In this document: in pieces, positions 60,241 to 64,000 of the stretch
Layout: every line of letters begins with the position of its first letter
How positions within the stretch are numbered: the stretch's first letter is position 1
NCBI GenBank assembly: GCA_965200245.1
Contig: CBDATS010000005.1
Span: forward strand, 480,001 to 544,000
DNA from: a bacterium
Lineage (GTDB): Bacteria > UBA8248
DNA length: 64,000 nucleotides
Reading direction: 5' to 3'
The notes under the pieces: model-generated
Databases searched by the model: none
What the model saw: the letters and a program-made list of their open reading frames with translations, nothing else
What the model was told of the DNA's origin: nothing
Made by a program: the position numbers and the translations under genes

Positions 60241-61491
60241 TCAGACCATGCCCAGTTTCTCGCCATAGGCTTCGAGCGCCAGTTCGAAACAGGCGAGCGG
60301 AGCGCGCACCACGCCCGCTCCCACCTGGCCGACGCCGGGTTCCTTGTGTGCGATGCCTGTGTTGATGACAGGCGTGACGCCCAGCTTTACCACCTTCATG
60401 ATGTCAATGCCCGTGGGAACACCCTGAAAATCAAGAGCGGGAATCGTCCACTCGGGGTTCCGACCCTGGGTGATCTCGTACATGGCACGCGAATATCCGA
60501 GCGCATCCGCTGCGCTGCCCGCCCCTACGAACCCGACGACGGCGGGTGCGGCGGCCATGGCGAATCCCCCCAGCCCCATCGTCTCAATGATTGTGGAATC
60601 GCCCATGTCCGGATTCGCGTCGCCCTCGCCGAAGCCAGGGAAATACAGCCCCTCGGGCATCTCCACCGGTGCCGTGAACCACGCATCCCCCGTCGCGCTG
60701 ACCCGGATGCCGAAGTCCGTTCCGTTGCGACACATCGCCGTGACGATGCTCGACGCCTCGATGCCGCACACCGGATCCATCACCGCCTTGCCGGTAGCCA
60801 TCGCGACGTTCAGGAAAAACTGGTCGTTCCCGCCGATGAAGGACAATATCTCTTCAAGTGCTTTGCCGCCTTCCGCGATACGCGCCAGCGCGGGTGCCAT
60901 CTCACGCATGAACAGGCTCGTGCAGGCCACGTTGCGCTGGTGCATCTCATCTCCCATCGAAAGGCCCCGCGCGACGATGTTCTTGAGCGGCAGGCCTCCC
61001 ATGGACTGCAGTGCGCCGGAAAGCACGGGAGCCAGGAACTCCGCGAGCCATCGCAGCCGGTTCAGCACCTCCTCGTCGTTTCCCCCGAAGCGCATTACCT
61101 TCCCAAGGCCTTCGTTCAAGGTACAGTACGCCCGGTTCCCGAATTTTCCGTTCTCCACGATCATCACTGGCATCGAGCGCGTGGTGATACCCGTCATGGG
61201 ACCTACGGCTTCGAAGTGATGATTCGGATGAAAAGCGAGCCCGCCCGAGGCGGCGAGCGCTTCGCCCGACGTCAAATCTTCCGCCCAGCCTTCCAGGACC
61301 GCCGCTCCCGCTATCGCCCCGCGGAGGGGACCGCACATTCGCTCCCACTCAATCGGGGGCCCGGCGTGGAGGAGCACACCCTCCTCAAGAACCGGTATCA
61401 CATCGCCTGCCGGGCACACATCCACCAGAACGGGTTCCGCCTGAGCGATGCGGGAAAGCGCCTCCGTGTTCGCAGCCGTGATAATGCCCAT
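60241..61491 (-). CDS. DUF1116 (YlbE-like) protein
   Basis: LLHAGPPI.WE.MCGP, AVGPM.G, NEGLGKV.RFG, MGDEMHQRN.A, RNG..FGI, D.GDS.I.ET.G.GG, INTGIAH...G.GQ.GAG. Confidence 0.9.
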   Translation of the reverse strand: MGIITAANTEALSRIAQAEPVLVDVCPAGDVIPVLEEGVLLHAGPPIEWERMCGPLRGAIAGAAVLEGWAEDLTSGEALAASGGLAFHPNHHFEAVGPMTGITTRSMPVMIVENGKFGNRAYCTLNEGLGKVMRFGGNDEEVLNRLRWLAEFLAPVLSGALQSMGGLPLKNIVARGLSMGDEMHQRNVACTSLFMREMAPALARIAEGGKALEEILSFIGGNDQFFLNVAMATGKAVMDPVCGIEASSIVTAMCRNGTDFGIRVSATGDAWFTAPVEMPEGLYFPGFGEGDANPDMGDSTIIETMGLGGFAMAAAPAVVGFVGAGSAADALGYSRAMYEITQGRNPEWTIPALDFQGVPTGIDIMKVVKLGVTPVINTGIAHKEPGVGQVGAGVVRAPLACFELALEAYGEKLGMV

Positions 61492-62753
61492 CAGTCCATC
61501 TCCCGCCAGGTCGTTTCCGTGACGTTCTCCACGACGATGCGTCCACCTTTCACCACGAATCGCTTCTCGGGCTGATCGATGAGGATGTCACCTAGATTCA
61601 CGGAATCGAGCACCACAAAATCGGCCGCGCATCCGGGTCTCAGGCCGTAGTCACCCTCCACACCTAGCGCCCTGGCGCCGTTTGTCGTAAAAAGACGGGA
61701 AACCACGTTCCTTTCCGACGCGCCGCTCATGTGGAGAACATGGGCAAGGAGCAGGCCGATTTCCAGCAAATCACCGCTGCCTGAGGGCGTAAAGGCGTTG
61801 CGGATGTTGTTCGATGATATGGCGACGTTGACGCCCGCGTTCAACAGGTCCCTGACGGGCGCGAGGCTTCTGAATCGGGGCGGCGCATCTCCCCTGCCTC
61901 CCAAGAACAAATCGGTCGCCGGCAAGGGCAGGACGGAGATGCCTGCCTCAAGAATCTGCCCTGTGATTCGCGCGGCATCATCCGACGGCATGGCCCCCAG
62001 GGAGGTGAGGTGACCGACAGCCACCCGGCCCTGCAGGCCTGCGGCCATCGTGCGGGCGGCTACGGATTCGATGTGCCGTACCCGGGGGTCATCCGCGAAA
62101 TCGAGATGAAAATCCAGGCCGCAACCGAACGCCTCGGCCATCTCGAAGACGATGTCCAGGTGGCGCTCGGGGTCAAGGTCATTATACGGGATTCCGCCCA
62201 CGAGGTCCCCACCCATCCGCATGGCCTCGCGCATCAAATCCTCCGTTCCCGGCTGTTGATCGATACCTTCTTGCGGAAAGATGACGAGTTGAAAATCAGC
62301 CAGGCCGGCGTATTTCTCCTTGAGCGCAAGGGCAACTTCCAGCCCCATGAGGCCGACGATAGGATCGACCTCCACCTGCGCGCGAAACCACGTGGCACCG
62401 TGCCGGATGCACATACGAAGTGCTCGCTCGGCGCGTTCCATGATGTCTTGTTTTGTAACGCTTTTCTTGAGTGCCAAGGTAATGGATATGGCGTCTTCGA
62501 GCGTGCCGGAAAGATTGGGCTCGCGCTCTTCCAAAAACGCCTTGTCCAGATGAATGTGACTTTCAACGAAAGCGGGCAGCACGACGCGTCCGCCAAGGTC
62601 TATCTCCTCGGCTCCCGTCTCGTTATCGATTCGCGGCGACATGTCCGAAAACCGCCCGCCGCCAACGCGCAGGTCCACCAACGCATCGCCCGAGGAGTCG
62701 ATCCTGGCGTTTCTGAAAATTCTGTCGTCTGGAATATCTGTACCCATGACCAT
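61491..62753 (-). CDS. amidohydrolase, cytosine/creatinine deaminase-like
   Basis: PAFVESHIHLDKA, FPQEG, GG.P, DFHLD, VAVGH.TSL, LPATDL.L.GR. Confidence 0.88.
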   Translation of the reverse strand: MVMGTDIPDDRIFRNARIDSSGDALVDLRVGGGRFSDMSPRIDNETGAEEIDLGGRVVLPAFVESHIHLDKAFLEEREPNLSGTLEDAISITLALKKSVTKQDIMERAERALRMCIRHGATWFRAQVEVDPIVGLMGLEVALALKEKYAGLADFQLVIFPQEGIDQQPGTEDLMREAMRMGGDLVGGIPYNDLDPERHLDIVFEMAEAFGCGLDFHLDFADDPRVRHIESVAARTMAAGLQGRVAVGHLTSLGAMPSDDAARITGQILEAGISVLPLPATDLFLGGRGDAPPRFRSLAPVRDLLNAGVNVAISSNNIRNAFTPSGSGDLLEIGLLLAHVLHMSGASERNVVSRLFTTNGARALGVEGDYGLRPGCAADFVVLDSVNLGDILIDQPEKRFVVKGGRIVVENVTETTWREMD

Positions 62754-63046
62754 CTCACCAAAACGAAACATCATCCCAACAACAACGAAACGCACATCTC
62801 CCATTTATGGAAATGGAAAAGATCGACACTGCAAACTCTATCGTTCCGCGCCGGTTTTCGCCAGTAATTCAGGAGCAAGCCGGGAAAAAGCCGCTCTGCA
62901 TCAGCTTGACCGACACCCGGAATCGTGAACATAATGAAAACTCTGATTCATGTTGCATCGGAGTTCTTATACGGCTTGACAACCCGGTGACGCGTACGGG
63001 GGACCGGATTGTAAAATACGGTTCCCCCGAAATGAAAGAAACCTGA

Positions 63047-64000
63047 ATGACCACTCTGAGTTTCACGAATATTCTCATTCTCAGCTATAATTCGCTCTCC
63101 TACGCCGCGATCCTGTTTCTCCTGGCAAGCGGGCTCTCGCTCATTTTCGGCGTGATGCGCATCGTGAACCTCGCACACGCCGCCTTTTTTCTCTTCGCCG
63201 GCTATCTCGCCCTGGAATTCTACAACATCATTTTCGGCTCCTTGAGCTTGATGCCGCGGATCATTCAACTCGTCTCATGGGCACTGCTGTATTTTGTATG
63301 GCGGGGACTCACGACCTACTTCGCTCCCAGGATTGTAGCTCTTGCAATGCTGCTCGCCTACATCGTGCTGGAAGTGTTGACCAGTCTGATATGGGGCTAC
63401 AAGTTCTTCGAACTCTTTTTCCCGCACGTGCCCGTCCAGCCCGTCGACAGGATCAATTTCGCGGGTATGTTGACCGCCATCGTCGTCGCGCTGGCCATCG
63501 CGGCGCTTTGCGGGATGTTTATCGAGCGCTTTTTCCTGCGCCGCCTCGGGCAAGACACGCTCTCCCAGGTGCTGGTGACCATCGGCTTCGCGTTCATCCT
63601 GCAAGACGGCTCGCTCTACACCTGGGGCGGGGACAACTTCATGCTCAAACAGCCCTGGCCCCTCAACTTCAGCACCGTCGTCTGGGGTCTTTCGCTGCCG
63701 CAGTACCGCGCCTTCATGATCGTTATCGCCGTCGTGGTGGCCACAGCCCTGTTCCTCGGAATTGAGCGCACCCGCCTCGGCGCGATCATGCGCGCGGCGG
63801 TGGACGACCCCGAGATGGCGCGCGGCATCGGCATCAACACCAATGTCGTGCAAATGGCGATTTTCGCCATCGGGGCACTGCTGGCCGCCACGGGAGGCGT
63901 GGTGGGCGGCGCCTTCTTCGGGGTCTACCCAGGCCTCGACTTCGAGATTCTCCCCTATGCGTTCGCCGTGGTAATCATCGGGGGACTCGGCAGCCTGGGC
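63047..64000 (+). CDS. branched-chain amino acid ABC permease (LivH family), partial at window end
   Basis: Translated by hand from ATG 63047: LFLLASGLSLIFGVMRIVNLAH...RTRLGAIMRA..DD.EMA...GIN...AFAVVIIGGLGSL. Missing from the track because no stop falls in the window. Confidence 0.9.
   Translation, partial: MTTLSFTNILILSYNSLSYAAILFLLASGLSLIFGVMRIVNLAHAAFFLFAGYLALEFYNIIFGSLSLMPRIIQLVSWALLYFVWRGLTTYFAPRIVALAMLLAYIVLEVLTSLIWGYKFFELFFPHVPVQPVDRINFAGMLTAIVVALAIAALCGMFIERFFLRRLGQDTLSQVLVTIGFAFILQDGSLYTWGGDNFMLKQPWPLNFSTVVWGLSLPQYRAFMIVIAVVVATALFLGIERTRLGAIMRAAVDDPEMARGIGINTNVVQMAIFAIGALLAATGGVVGGAFFGVYPGLDFEILPYAFAVVIIGGLGSLG

Noticed and set aside
4951-62867. Long antisense or alternative-frame ORFs (e.g. 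4951-5853, 14325-15287, 33564-34808, 44096-45307, 46349-47452, 60346-61575)
   Set aside because: They shadow well-supported genes, lack family motifs and are expected in GC-rich DNA.
1-64000. Genome-wide reassignment of TGA (to Trp or Gly) or TAG (to Gln)
   Set aside because: TGA and TAG both end many intact conserved genes at their expected C-termini (TGA: cyclophilin, ybaB; TAG: dnaX, recR, fhs), and Trp is TGG. The in-frame TGAs occur only at catalytic-Cys positions.
1-64000. CRISPR array, tRNA (including tRNA-Sec), rRNA, intact transposase or integrase
   Set aside because: No regularly spaced repeats, cloverleaf signatures or DDE/tyrosine-recombinase motifs seen by eye.

Overview
GC-rich bacterial chromosomal window with no CRISPR array, rRNA, tRNA or intact mobile element. 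The left end holds housekeeping genes (cyclophilin, recR-ybaB-dnaX, SRP RNA). The rest is dominated by solute transporters (TRAP, two TTT, Dpp-type ABC, NitT/TauT ABC, LivH) and uncharacterised catabolic enzymes, plus fhs and a PFK with a PPi-type signature. The main hidden signal is three genes that the ORF track splits or truncates at an in-frame TGA located at the family's catalytic Cys position, each followed by a candidate SECIS hairpin. Two form an adjacent pair, an OsmC-like protein (GF-U-LLTQ) and a DUF442 rhodanese-like protein (VH-U-KATGR), at 7255-8299. The third is an AhpD-like CxxU protein at 30287-30940. I read these as selenoproteins, although selA/B/C/D are not in this window. 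Other observations: an SRP RNA with an extended stem, a MBL-fold pair with one degenerate member, two M20 homologues that seem to keep opposite halves of the di-metal site, two in-frame TAG codons sharing the context TAGACGGCC, and several pseudogenes broken at short direct repeats. All family calls are by-eye motif recognition; no database searches were run.
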